A stretch of 60,924 nucleotides of DNA, the filler included, from Catajapyx aquilonaris (Eukaryota), in the NCBI GenBank assembly GCA_000934665.2. It is 2 parts of 2 records of this genome, joined end to end, with 100 filler letters (N's around TTAATTAATTAA, not from the genome) between each part and the next. Parts side by side here need not be neighbours in the genome. Positions count along the whole stretch, not along the records: positions 30,845 to 60,924 come from JYFJ02004690.1; 1 more part is not named here. One strand, 5' to 3'. The translations under genes and the position numbers were made by a program. Below, piece by piece: positions 34,181-45,986 of this stretch (positions within the stretch are counted from its first letter, which is position 1; each line of letters starts with the position of its first letter). Under the pieces are notes generated by a model. The model was not told the origin of the DNA and made no database searches. It worked only from the letters and a program-made list of their open reading frames with translations.

Positions 34181-34879
34181 GGGGAGAGCGGGGCACAGTG
34201 GTCCTTTCTATTTTAAAAATATAAGAAACCGGAATAACGTCTTCATCTGGTACCTCGGGAAACAAGTCACTATTGTGCATCCTGCCAGCATGACAGTCAA
34301 TTGTGAGATGCCTGCGATCCTGCTGTACCAGAGGAAAGCTACTTGAAGGGTAGTGAAGTTACTTCTAACCCACACAGTTTAAATTCCATGTCAGGGGTAG
34401 ATGCTGGGCATGACCCTGATGTAAAAATGTTGTTGAATAGTGTCATCCTTTGTCTATAAATACTGGAAATTTGGAAAGCCTCATTTGCAATGGAAGCTAC
34501 CATTCATAACATCATGTCATTTGCTGCCATGGACCAGTGTTGACCTCTTTGTGGACGACCCTTTCGCCTATGTATACAGCAATTAATGCCATCGTAGGTT
34601 TATAATTATTATGCTAATGGTTTTGACAGACACTATAGTATGAAATAAAGTTCATGCGCCAAAGGATGTGGAAGGACAAGGTCTACTTTCCGGAAAGAGA
34701 CATCGAGTGCAAGTAAATTTAGCATGACCCATATAACATTAATTTTTTGGATCATTTGCCTGGGAGTTGTTTCGAGTTAAACACATGGGCCTACACTAAA
34801 TAAACGGATAGTAGGTATAACAGGAGCTATTTTAAAATTTTAAATGTTCAAAAGAGGACCACTGTGCCCCGGTCTCCCC
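34181..34879. mobile_element. TA-flanked non-autonomous DNA transposon (699 bp)
   Basis: TA|GGGGAGAGCGGGGCACAGTGGTCC ... GGACCACTGTGCCCCGGTCTCCCC|TA (24-bp TIR, 1 mismatch). Confidence 0.85.
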
Positions 34880-34989
34880 TACATGTGACACTGATAAGGT
34901 CATATTTGATCCCCTCAGCCGTGTCGGCTCAATATGTTACTTTAGAGATTTAATTGTTCGGGGTCAGCGAGCTTTCATCCTTGTCTCAA

Positions 34990-36324
34990 ATGCTTCACAC
35001 TTTCACTCTTTTGCAGGTAATGATTTGTTCAGAAGACACTCGATATTTGGACTTGATGAAAAAGTGGAAAATGTCTGCTTTACTCGTAACGTCAAATTTG
35101 GAAATGAGAAAGGTTGGGGCATACCCAGACCTGCCTGACTTGAGTGGGGTAACCCTAACTGCGTCGAGTTTTGAATTCTCTCCATACACGTTCAAAACCG
35201 GATCTCACTGGGATGGGGTCATAATCAGGATGACCCGGGCCATATGCCAATCGTTGAACTCGGTCCTGAAAATCCAAGAGCCTCCGGACGGTGACAAATG
35301 GGGCCTGAACCCCACCGGCAACTTTACAGGGGTGATGGGTCAACTCCAGCGAAAAGAAGCGGACTTAGCCCTGATATACATGTGGCGTAATGACCTGAAT
35401 CTTCAGGCCGGTGACTGCACGGGTCACTACGATAAGGGTTATGTGGCTTTGGCAGTCCCGTTTAAAGATCCGATCCCACTATGGACTGCACTGATCCGGG
35501 CTTTTCCGGGACGGGTATGGATGACGATAACGGTGTTCACGGCCATAACAGTTATGGTGATTTGGGTGTCTGCTGACTTACAGAGGGCGTTGTATTTGGT
35601 TCTGAATCCATTGATTGAAAAGGACATAAGCTACATCCCATCTGCAACGTCAGGACGGATTTTGCTGGGATTTTGGCTATGGTTCGCTATCGTCATCACC
35701 ACCGCCTACAAAGCGTCACTTTTGGTGCTGATTAGCCAGCGTACCAGGCCACCCTCAGTGGACAATGTGGATGATCTTCTCAACTCGGGCTTGCACTGGG
35801 GCGGTGACAAGTTTTTACAAAGGTTGATGAGTAACGTCCAGAGTTATGGCCAGCTTTTGGCCAGTTACCAAGTGGAAGAGGATTGGCTGGTTAACCTGGA
35901 GCGTGTGGTCACTAAACGTGACTTTGCATTCTTCGAGGTCAAAGAGTACCTGCAGTTTCGCGGGTGGATGAACTTCAGCTATCCGGATGGTGGCTTGCAG
36001 TTTCACATCGCCAGCCAGGTCATTCTTCACCTGGACGTAGTCATTTACCTCCCGTTCGGCTCCAGTCTCCTGCCCCTGTTCGATCGGAAGGTGACCCAAG
36101 TTGTTGAAGCGGGGATGGTCGGCCACTGGAGAGGTCGGGTCATCGCAGACAACACGCAATTAGTGGCCACCATCCGACAGCAGGCTTTGACGCGACACGA
36201 GGCGGATCCGTTCACTTTGGACAAATTGTATGGAGCCTTTTTGGTCTTAATCGTTGGCCTCGGATCAAGCAGCATTGCGGTTTTGGTTGAATTCGGCTGT
36301 TCCCACAAAATAAGCCGCTGTTGA
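34990..36324 (+). CDS. Divergent ionotropic receptor (variant iGluR, chemosensory IR family), uninterrupted ORF
   Basis: S1 lobe (DLSGVTL..FSPY..WDGVIIRM..LNSVLKIQEPPDGDKWG..FTGVMGQLQRKEADLA), M1 (LIRAFPGRVWMTITVF), pore/M2 (SGRILLGFWLWFAIVITTAYKASLLVLI, a variant of SYTANL), S2 (VDNVDDLL..FAFF..FDRKVTQVVEAGMVGHW) and last TM (FTLDKLYGAFLVLIVGLG). Stop TGA at 36322-36324. The 5' start is uncertain: ATG 34990, or a splice acceptor ttttgcag at 35016. Confidence 0.88.
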   Translation: MLHTFTLLQVMICSEDTRYLDLMKKWKMSALLVTSNLEMRKVGAYPDLPDLSGVTLTASSFEFSPYTFKTGSHWDGVIIRMTRAICQSLNSVLKIQEPPDGDKWGLNPTGNFTGVMGQLQRKEADLALIYMWRNDLNLQAGDCTGHYDKGYVALAVPFKDPIPLWTALIRAFPGRVWMTITVFTAITVMVIWVSADLQRALYLVLNPLIEKDISYIPSATSGRILLGFWLWFAIVITTAYKASLLVLISQRTRPPSVDNVDDLLNSGLHWGGDKFLQRLMSNVQSYGQLLASYQVEEDWLVNLERVVTKRDFAFFEVKEYLQFRGWMNFSYPDGGLQFHIASQVILHLDVVIYLPFGSSLLPLFDRKVTQVVEAGMVGHWRGRVIADNTQLVATIRQQALTRHEADPFTLDKLYGAFLVLIVGLGSSSIAVLVEFGCSHKISRC

Positions 36325-38651
36325 TTATGTTGGGAAAGTTTCAAAGGACCTCCCTGGTTCTGTTTACAAAATGAGCGCTAGAAATATGACATTCACAGTG
36401 TCATTGACGCAACCACTGGTGCATTAAAAATGTCAAGCAGGTTTTGATGTGTTGGACCAAACAATCCTATTGTGCATTTTGTTCGGTAGTCTCATAATTA
36501 TCACAAGAATGACTAATTAACTTCATCTGCGGGCCATAAATTTCAGCGATTTTTTGTTTCACTGGAAATAGAACATGTCCGTAACGCGTCACAATTGCAA
36601 AATTTACAAAGCCATTTTGTCGGGTTAACTTGTCAAAGGTGAACCAAATTTTTATTATTTTAAACCTTGCTTAATGCCATCCACTGTCCTTGATGACTTT
36701 TTAATGGTATCTGCCGCTGCAGCAGCTTTATTTATACATTCTAAAACCAAGCGCAGTTACCTGTAACATGTTTTTGTGCAGCTCAACGACTTTGCAGGGC
36801 CAACTAGAGATATTTAAAATACAGAACTGCAATAATTATAAACTCATTTTGCAGGTGCATTCAAGTGGAGTAGTTTGGTCCTAGAATGACATGTATTGTG
36901 TTTACGTCCGGTATATTCACGGAATCACACTGCAGAACAATTGGCACAGCCACAAGCACAAAACGGGTGCAGCACAATGCAATGCATAAGTGACCGCCAA
37001 CTCAGTGTCGAGTACAGCATTAAATACAGTAACAGGCTGTCAGGCGTCAAAATGCTGTTGTCAAAAGCAAAACAAACGTATGCACGGAAGGCTGGAGCAA
37101 AACATGTCGGTTCGGGTCGGTGACAGTTGTCACAGCTGCAAATACCACGGTACGTTTCCCCGTTTACGCAGTCACACAGGCCTTTGTGCATCACAAACTC
37201 TACTTGTATAAGTCCTTCTACAACTTTTGCCAAACCATGGGACGCACCTGACAGGTGCTAATTGATTTGGGGCCTCAATATATCCCAGAGCCGTATCGTG
37301 TTGCGGCTGTTTCCATGCTCATAAATAGTAGATTACGCTGCTATCTTATATTTTATTTAGTTTATTTGAAAACCAGACTGACATTAGCCGTTGCAGTATG
37401 CACCGATCGCAGTGATAGGGTGGACAGGAGGCGTAGAATTTCTAATTCGGCATGTGGTTTACTCTCACCACATCGCTGCCATAGCATGCATTAAGCTGTA
37501 ATTATAATGTTAATACACATCAGTTGCACCCGAACCCTAAGTGTGGTGACAATGCCACTTGACACTCCCAGTTTATAGACCCAGCTGAAAAGGACCCCAC
37601 CAAAATCGATTGTGGCCGAATATAGACGAGGAAACGCTTTTGCCCTCCACGAATAGTGCCCCTATTAATCCTGCTACCTAAGTTAAGCCCGGGTTGACGT
37701 GTAAGGCTTACTGGCTAAGCCGCAAGAGGTGAAAAGTTACTCAGGGAGTAATTCATGAGCAACAACTGGCACCACCCACGTAAGTGTTGTTCTTCAGCCT
37801 TTTCTTCCAGTCAAAAGAAAAGCTCGTCTCTTTTTTTTATTCCTCCATTGGCGGGTTAGTAAACGACCTGAACACTACGGAAGGCGCCTGAAAAAGACAA
37901 GCGAACAAAATTGCATTTTCTTCCCGGTCTCCATCGATCCATGCCATCAGTGGGCTGTTCCACATAACTTTTTTTGTCCTTGCCAACTTCATCTCTTCAC
38001 CTGTCTGCAACAAAATGGAGTCTCAGAGTCCAGGTAAATGCAACGCCTTATTTTGATACCATCGAATTTTTTGCTGGGTGGGTGGGTGGAATGGAAACCA
38101 AAATTACCCGAAAGAATTGGCCCATTTTTGGCTGAATTTTGCGCAAAAATGGTCGATACTCGATAGGGGTAGCCTGTGAAGTCGGGACTTTTTTGCGGAA
38201 ATTGACCAGAAGCAGGGAGGGATAGCTTCTAGCAGACGTTCCGGGTATAGGGATAAAGTCTGGGAATTCCCCCGGGGTACTGCCATAACTCATCAGGAAT
38301 GCGTCGTGGGAAACTCAAGTCGGTAGTCGAACCGGTCTTGATTGGATAATTTGCCGGCGGAGCCCCAGAATACCAAAGATGTGTTCAAATAAATTGCGCC
38401 TAGTTTCGCCTTATTAATCTCAAATTATTTTAGACTGCGTTATGTGTGTTACGTACATTTTTTAAACGTAACTTTACGCAGTGAAATAGTATGCACACTG
38501 AAAACACTAAGTGCACTAATAGGAGCTTGAAATACAGGGTGTTCCAAATTCACGGGTCACTTGTGCTAACTAATATCTCCCGGAAGGATCTATTTTTTGT
38601 AGCTTGTTGTGCCCCGAACCATGTGTGACATTCTATAACTCCTGCTATATT

Positions 38652-38992
38652 AGTGGTGCTGCGGTAACGCACGCGCCCACGGATGTTAAGGTCCCGGGTT
38701 CGATCCCAGCCCGGGGACACCCCCTTCATCTCGTGCAGAGTTCAGGGTCACATCTGGCTTCGTCTCGGGTGGTATTTCCAATAGACTAAACCGCCCGGGG
38801 GAGTTCACTAAAAATGGCCACACAAGGACATTGCACTGCACCTTGCACATCCCCTCCTGTCATCCTGCCCGTGGGCGCGGGCGTTACATATAAAGGCTCC
38901 AATGTACACGACATAAATAAATAAAGGTCCGTGCTGTATACCTCTGATGAGCTCAGCACTACCCCGGATAAAAAAATAAAAATAAAAACAAT
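38652..38992 (+). mobile_element. tRNA-derived SINE (family B), slightly 5'-truncated, inserted into a palindrome
   Basis: AGTGGTGCTGCGGTAACG..GGGTTCGATCCC head matches the 5787-6132 copy. A-rich tail and 9-bp TSD tgctatatt (38643-38651, 38993-39001). Confidence 0.85.
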
Positions 38993-39149
38993 TGCTATAT
39001 TCGACCCCCTGGGGGTCGAATATAGCAGGCGTTATAGAATGGGGCATCACAAGAGTGCAGCTACATAGTTTATGAAGCGTACTTTTCTCAGCAACATATT
39101 CATTAGTTGGTCCCATGGTCTTGTAGTAAGGTCTGGTCACTACCTCTTA

Positions 39150-39447
39150 TTGCCTTCCGGGGCGTTTTGCATGAGGTGCTCACTTGAGAGCGCCATGAGA
39201 CGGCCTTTCATTGCTACATTATGTGGCGACCCTACCGGCCCGCGCCGAACTTAGGTAGAAGGGAAGCCGCTACATGCGGGCCCAGCATGGCCGCCGGCGA
39301 CCATGTTGGTTCCCCCAATGTAGCGCTTCCATTTTGTACCTATCAAGTTCAGCGCGGTCCGGTAGTGTCGCCACATAATGTAGCAGTGAAAGGCCGTCTC
39401 ATGGCGCTCTCAAGTGAGCACCTCATGCAAAACGCCCCGGAAGGCAA
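39150..39447. mobile_element. Palindromic MITE (~300 bp foldback), TA-flanked
   Basis: TA|TTGCCTTCCGGGGCGTTTTGCATGAGGTGCTCACTTGAGAGCGCC... with the reverse complement at the right end. Symmetry extends almost to the centre. Confidence 0.9.
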
Positions 39448-39493
39448 TATGATAAGATTGTAGGTGTAGTGTCCGGGGGTTGGTTGGTCCTGT

Positions 39494-39802
39494 ACCAGCC
39501 GGATGACACTCCCCGCCAGTATGAGTGAGCTTAGCTCTGCTCCCACACCGAGGGGGTTTGCCACGGGCGGCGCTAGTCTCCCTGACCAAGACGGGTGGCG
39601 CCTACCTACCGGGAAATTCTGAACCATATTGCATCATCACGCACGGGGTGCTGATGCCTCTATGCCTGGGTAAGAATATCCCCACTAGGTAAGGCGCCAC
39701 CCGTATTGGTCAGGAGACTAGCGCCGCCCGTTGGAAACTTCCTTGGTTGGGGGGGGGGGGTGGGGGGGCATGTGCTGGGATAGGGAGTGTCATCCGGCTG
39801 GT
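39494..39802. mobile_element. Palindromic MITE (~310 bp), superfamily unclear
   Basis: accagccggatgacactccc / gggagtgtcatccggctggt ends, plus inner arms acgggcggcgctagtctcc.tgaccaa.acgggtggcgcc. No clear TSD. Confidence 0.75.
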
Positions 39803-41784
39803 TCTGTACTCTCACCCTGCCAGGCCTTTGTTTTTGCATGGATGGAAAAAGTGTATATACTTGCAACATGGTAAGATATTACATACAGAAAAGTGACAAA
39901 TAATAGGCCATATATGCAAAGTATACAACCTCCATAAATTATTCGAAATATACAGTAGTTCATGTTTCTGCGCATATTGGTTGAGGTGCACATATATTCA
40001 TAGCATCCTTTCTTATAATGATATATTACACATCCGCATGGGAAGTGCATATAAACATTTTCGGATAGCATTGTGTTCCTATGAAAGTAATTCCTTTTCA
40101 AATGATGTCAACTTCAGGGCCTCGATTCAGCGCTGCACCAATATACGAATATAGCCCCCCCCCCCCCCCCCCCCCCCCCCACCCCNACAAATGACTCTGG
40201 AAGAAAACATGTTTCTAGGTGACAGGTGTTGGTTTCGGAACCATTCTGCGTTGCATAAAGGGAGCTGATTACTTTCTGCAGGCTCCAATTGGCCAGGAAA
40301 TTAAGTTTGGCTCGGGGGCGAAATGGAAGCAGCCACTGCGACATATGTGAGCCTGTCACCCTTTGCCGAATCGGCTCCTTTCTGAGCGAAATTGGGGGTT
40401 GGGGGGTGTTGGGGGTGGGGGAGGCACTCTGAATAAGTTCCCGGCTCGATAGCGCCCTGCTGATATTTTCCAGAAATTCGACGCTCTGACGCCCAGACTA
40501 TCTTATTTTCTTACAATTCCAGTCAATGACATGTACCGAGAAGTACTGGCCTAGTTCCCTCCAACTTCTTTTGTCAACTTTTGGGGACAAAATGAAGCTG
40601 CATTCATTTCGAAAATCGAATCGGAGGAAAAGAGTCGACAATATCAGTCTCTGGTGCTGGATTTTTAGTGGACATGAATTTAGTTCATAGCATACACGTA
40701 TATATACATGAACATCGTCTGTCAATCCAGCTTCGCTACACCGACATGCAAAATTTGTACAGCCTTGCACTAAAGACGAAACGATAAAAGCTACTGTTTA
40801 CCATATCCTGCTTTGTATAGGTCAATAGTTTGAACCATACGATTCTTTTACTTGTTCCATCTTCATGCCAATGAGGTTATCTGTTTCGTACAATACCCAA
40901 GAGAAAAAAATTCACGTACCCCTGTTGCATAATCACTACTCTGCAGACCTAATGCAAACGTCGCGTTGGTCGGTTCAAAAATGTACCTGTCCATATATTT
41001 TGTAATTTTAGGGAGAGGCAAAAAATTAATATGCATTTGTTTTGGGCAAAGTAGCTTCCAAGTACAATATATTAATTGAATTACTAGGCATACGGGAACG
41101 TGCTGCCTAGAGCAAACCTATAAATTTCATTATAGCCAGACTGCAATTTTTAAAAAACAATATTGAACAAGTTTTCGAATTGACTCCCTTTTGTCAATAT
41201 TATTTCCTTTTTGTCATCCAGGCAGTGATATAGGAAAAGTCAAATTTATTGCTTTCCAGTTAGCCAGTTAGCAAAGATGTATAATATATTCATACAATAT
41301 TCACATTTTTCTGTCATTCACGTAGATTCTTACTTTAGTCTTCTGATAACTTGTTCTTTCCATTCGAAGCAACTTTCTATCACAGACATGATTTTCACCC
41401 ACTTCCAAAAGCCAATGATTTGTGAAAAGTTTGTACACAATTAAATGTGCATATGCAGTCTATTCCTTCCACTGACAGTCAGTTCCAGTTTTTATTGAAT
41501 TTTTGAAAAGGAGCAATTTCTGCAAAGTTGGAGCGACTTTCAAGTTACTTTTTAATCTGCATATGAGAAGTGCTAATCCACGTCCCCAGAAGGTACTGTA
41601 CAGTGGTCGGATTAGCCTACTCGGTGAAGTGATCAGTACACGGAAGCACATCACCCCGTGAGAGAAAAGTGAAAGTAATGCAGTTTTCATCCCCTCCCAA
41701 TCACATAGGCTCATCTGTCTATATCCGAACACTTGAGGCAGATATCGGGTTTTATTTGACTTAAAGCTACGTCGGACAGGTCTA

Positions 41785-42822
41785 CACAGAGAAAAATAGC
41801 TTAGTTGACTCTACGGGGTGGTCAGTTGAGAATAAAAAGTTTGACTCCTAACTGACCATCCTTGCGCTTCAACTGATCACCCTGGGGATTCAAATATTGA
41901 CTCCCCATTCCCAAACTACTACGACAACCTTGCGGAGTCAACTGTCTCTGTAAGAAAGTCAAATTATTCCCATTTCCCATGGAATTTATTTCTCAAGCAC
42001 TCGCTGATGACAGTGCTGAATCCAATGTTCCAACAATGAATCAGCCTTCCGTTGACCTCCGTTGACACTAATACGCTTCGTCTAAATGATACTTCACGAC
42101 TTTGAGGACAAGATTCATGCTCAGCCTATAACGAGTAACATATTAGGAAGCAACAGAAGCGAGTAGCAAATGCAGCCTGGCACAGCTCATTGACACACCG
42201 TAAAGTGATTCGGAGTTGGTGTCTTTGACAAGTCGTAATCAGTCGAGACCTTTCAGATGCACCCTATGTGACCCATCATCTTATCACTCTGGCATCTCTC
42301 TTGATTGGGCTGCATCCTGAGACTATGGTAATGTAGTGGTTTTACCATAAACTAATAGGGCCTACTCAATCAGGCGAATTTCTTCCACACACGAGCGCCA
42401 ATGGGTGATCGAAAGTCTTTTGTGAACGTTCTGGTGAGGGACTAGTTACACCGTTACACTACGATTCCTAACACAGACACTATCCCGGTTCTAACAAACC
42501 ATTGCGATTTGGTTGCGGGGCCGCCCCGAGGCAGTAATGGCGCATCTTCCAAAACACCAGAGCGCAATGAGCTGTGACAGACTGGCGACTGCGAGCTTCA
42601 CACCACGTAGTGAGCCACATGCACGTCCCACACATATTTATATTCGTCAGATGAAGCCAGCAATGCACACATATGGTACGAGAAGATCCTACTCAGCTGA
42701 CTCCCTTGGCGAGTCAATTTCTCTGCCTCCAGTGCACGCCTGGCCAATCGACTGCATTGCCTACAGTCAATTTACTTGCTTACAGTGCGTGCCGATTCAA
42801 ATGACTACCATTTTTCTGTGTG
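41785..42822. mobile_element. Possible non-autonomous DNA transposon (CACA.. termini, TA-flanked)
   Basis: TA|CACAGAGAAAAATAG ... CCATTTTTCTGTGTG|TA (13/15 match), with repeated gttgactc / gagtcaa subterminal motifs. Confidence 0.45.
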
Positions 42823-43042
42823 TAGATATATCGAGACACTATTTTTATGGATGCACACTTTTTCAAAAGGAATATAATTATTATGATGGCCCATAAACTA
42901 TTTGTATCTGATGCTAAAGCTAACCTTCTCTAACCATCATAATATACGTACGTCAGATATGTTTTATCTTATAAATATTTGAATAAAACAAGTGTCCGCA
43001 ACTCTTTACGTGATATGTACAGAAACAGATTATAGGCTACTA

Positions 43043-43339
43043 CCGTATTACCTCATTTAAAGCGGCATGCCGGAATAAAATGATGTCGACCAGCATGCCG
43101 ACATAACCGAGGTAGATTTCCATAATTTTGATCCTTGTCAAAAATTTTATAATACATCTCGTAATTTGAGTAATAATAATTTTCACAGACATCGTGATAA
43201 TCCCGTTCTTAAGAAAACCTCGCCTATGCCGGCACACCTCGCCCTATACCGTCATGCCGGTATAGCCACCAGATCGGGAATTTATAAAACCCGTAGACTT
43301 CGACTACACCGGCATGCCGCTTTTAATGAGGTAATACGG
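43043..43339. mobile_element. pogo-like MITE (CCGTA termini), 297 bp
   Basis: TA|CCGTATTACCTCATTTAAAGCGGCATGCCGG ... CCGGCATGCCGCTTTTAATGAGGTAATACGG|TA. A second left end begins at 47075. Confidence 0.9.
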
Positions 43340-44498
43340 TATTATATTTTCCCAGTTACTATCAGAACCGCCGCCGAATAATTCAGGTATGCAGTATCAT
43401 GGCTGTGTTGCCTGTGGGAATTCGGGGCACTTATTCCGAAACTTTCACCGGTTTTGCTTTAATATCAATCCTTTGATATAAATCCGATATTTTTCCATTT
43501 TTACGTCTCTTAAGATCAATACCTTGTTATATATTCTGTCATATTAAGTGTCAAAGTGTCATATCCAGGGGGGATAAAGCTATATCCATGATTGCCTGTG
43601 AAATTGGCGGCCTGAAAAGCGTCATTTGTTTTTGGCACGAGGTAATGACAAACGACACAGATATGCACTTCAGAGATATTTGAAATAAGGAACTAAGCAA
43701 CTAGGATTTTGGAAAAAAATAATCCTGTGTAAACAGAGTTCAAAACTCTCAATGTCGAGTTAATTTTGCTCAAAAGTAAAAATCTTGCAAGAACTCCAAA
43801 GTGATCCAATATATACCGGTTTATTGGTCAAAATTTTGGTTACTATTGGAATCGTCTCGCCAACAGTCTCCCTCTATCCCCGCTGCTTTGCATATTTCAA
43901 ATTGTTTAATATTAGCATTGCGGAAATGTTCCTTGTATTTATTATCTTGAAGTATGGTATTGTCACGCTGCCCTCTTTTACCTGACCGTAAATAAATCAA
44001 TTAGTTAAACCTGTGTTAAACGTAGCATACTTCTTCACAAAAACCTTTCCCTCATCTTTCCAGCGACACAGATGGTCAAAAAAGAGGACCATGCTGACTT
44101 AGCGAATGTGAATACAACTGGGCCCCAGCTGCGCATACAGGTTCAGGGTTGATAATATTATTATTGTGTTTGAGGGGTGGCCGAGAGAGTCACATTTCTA
44201 TTGGATCCCGGAAGGGATCTACAATGTACAGTACTTAGGGTATAGCACGTAGGGCCTACACAGTTGTTGTCCACCAGATAGCTTGAGGCCAGAATCTCGA
44301 ACAGTAAGTTGTTTAAAACAAATGCGGTTCATGACAGTAAACTTAGCACCTGGCCACTGCAGTAGTAGCAAATACTATTACCGGTACTGGCCATCCTGGA
44401 AGTTCGGACAGCTGTCAGGCAGCATACATTTGACGCAAAAAGTCATGCTCCCGACATGGAGTAGATAATTATAGGAAGGTTCTTTTTTAGACCTGCAG

Positions 44499-44504
44499 TA
44501 CACA

Positions 44505-44567
<63 letters not shown>
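44499..44567. repeat. Compound (CA)n(GA)n microsatellite
   Basis: Direct reading. Another (GA)n run lies at ~45505-45537. Confidence 0.95.
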
Positions 44568-44572
<5 letters not shown>

Positions 44573-45501
44573 GACGCAAGAATTATTTTCAATATTATAA
44601 TGGGCGTCGATCCTTCAAATAGTCTCGTGTGAATTACTTCTAACATGTCGCGCAAACCTTATAGCCATTGAAAATGTCAGAATCGGTAAAACAAGTATGC
44701 CTGTCACACTTCAAGCAAAACTTCAATGTTGAATATTGGCCCTCACGGCCAACCTCCTACCAGAGCGGACGCGAATGTGAACCTAGGCCTACTTCCGGTG
44801 TCACTGTCGCTTGGGATCTTAGAATATTCGAACACAGATTTGTGATCTAATACGTCAAGGCATTCTAGACACGATGTCACCCACTAAAAGTCCTTTACTA
44901 ATTCTCTTTATCACATAAAAAAATCAGTCCCAATTTGTTTTGACTCGCCCTCGTATTATGCTCCTTGTGGTATATCTAGACGAAAATCTATCCTACGGCT
45001 TCATTGTACTGTACAGTAATATAGGCATATATGAAAATAATGTTCTTAGTATTAACAGACTTCCTAGCAATATTTAATTTTCCTGCATGGAATAATTTTA
45101 TATGCTCGAGGGAAAAACGAAAATCTGATACATGCCTGAAGTAGCCAATACTTGTATTGTTTTCCTAAGTGCACCTTTTTAAAATTGCCTCGTTTGGATA
45201 CGCCCAGGACACAAAAAGAACTCTTCTCATGACTGGACGTCAAATATGATATGAATGCAATAATTGTTTTCCTTTAAAATGAATTATCGTGCAATAATCG
45301 GTTCCTTCTCATCGCTTATACTTTGCTGCATACCCCTCTAGCCACGAAACTGATAACGGTTTACTTTCTGGACACCCGTCTTTATGCGCCACAAAATGGA
45401 GACACGAAGCAATTTTACGCAACTTTGAACTTGTTTTGATATAATCGCAGGGCCCGCATAAACCTCTCTCCCATGCCGCCATATATATAAAGTAAGGTGT
45501 C

Positions 45502-45538
<37 letters not shown>

Positions 45539-45808
45539 ATGGAGAAATTGCCGTTGGCCGCCTTCCCGGAAATTTGGGCAAGCAAATTGGGCGACGGTGG
45601 AAAACAGGTCCGTTCAGAGGGCTCCGGAAGAGCGTTTTCCTCTTTGCTTCCTTATTGTCCCAGAGAAGATGCAATCTGAGAGCGTGTCATGCACTCGGAT
45701 AGGCCTCATGAATAGGTAATTGGGAAGGGGATGGGCAGGGGGAGGGAGGGCGCACTTTCGGAAATCTCCTTTCTGGACTGGGCACGAGTAGAGGGGGGAT
45801 GATCTCAC

Positions 45809-45986
45809 CTCAGCTATCTCGTAAACATGCTTTCTGGTAACCATGGTGGGGTCGTTAAACCTGGTTAAACCACTCGTCCCTGACCCGGAGGCATGTGGAA
45901 TTAACCATGAATATTTTATTCCCCGAAGGTCGACTTGGATTTCATTATATTGGGGACATGTCTGACTTGCGTGATGCATAATTCAC
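45809..45986 (-). CDS. Candidate exon of an unidentified minus-strand gene
   Basis: Acceptor attattttcggtcag, donor GAG|gtgaga, and an open frame MHHASQ...FNDPTMVTRKHVYEIAE whose second ATG has a CCACCATGG context. No recognised homology and no partner exons confirmed. Confidence 0.25.

Noticed and set aside
38935..38970. CTGATGAG resembling a hammerhead ribozyme core in the SINE tail
   Set aside because: There is no stem II followed by GAAA and no matching cleavage-site helix.
45809..45844. MVTRKHVYEIA similarity to mitochondrial ribosomal protein L11 (VTLKHVYEIA)
   Set aside because: The flanking residues do not match L11 and no other L11 exons are visible, so it is probably coincidental.
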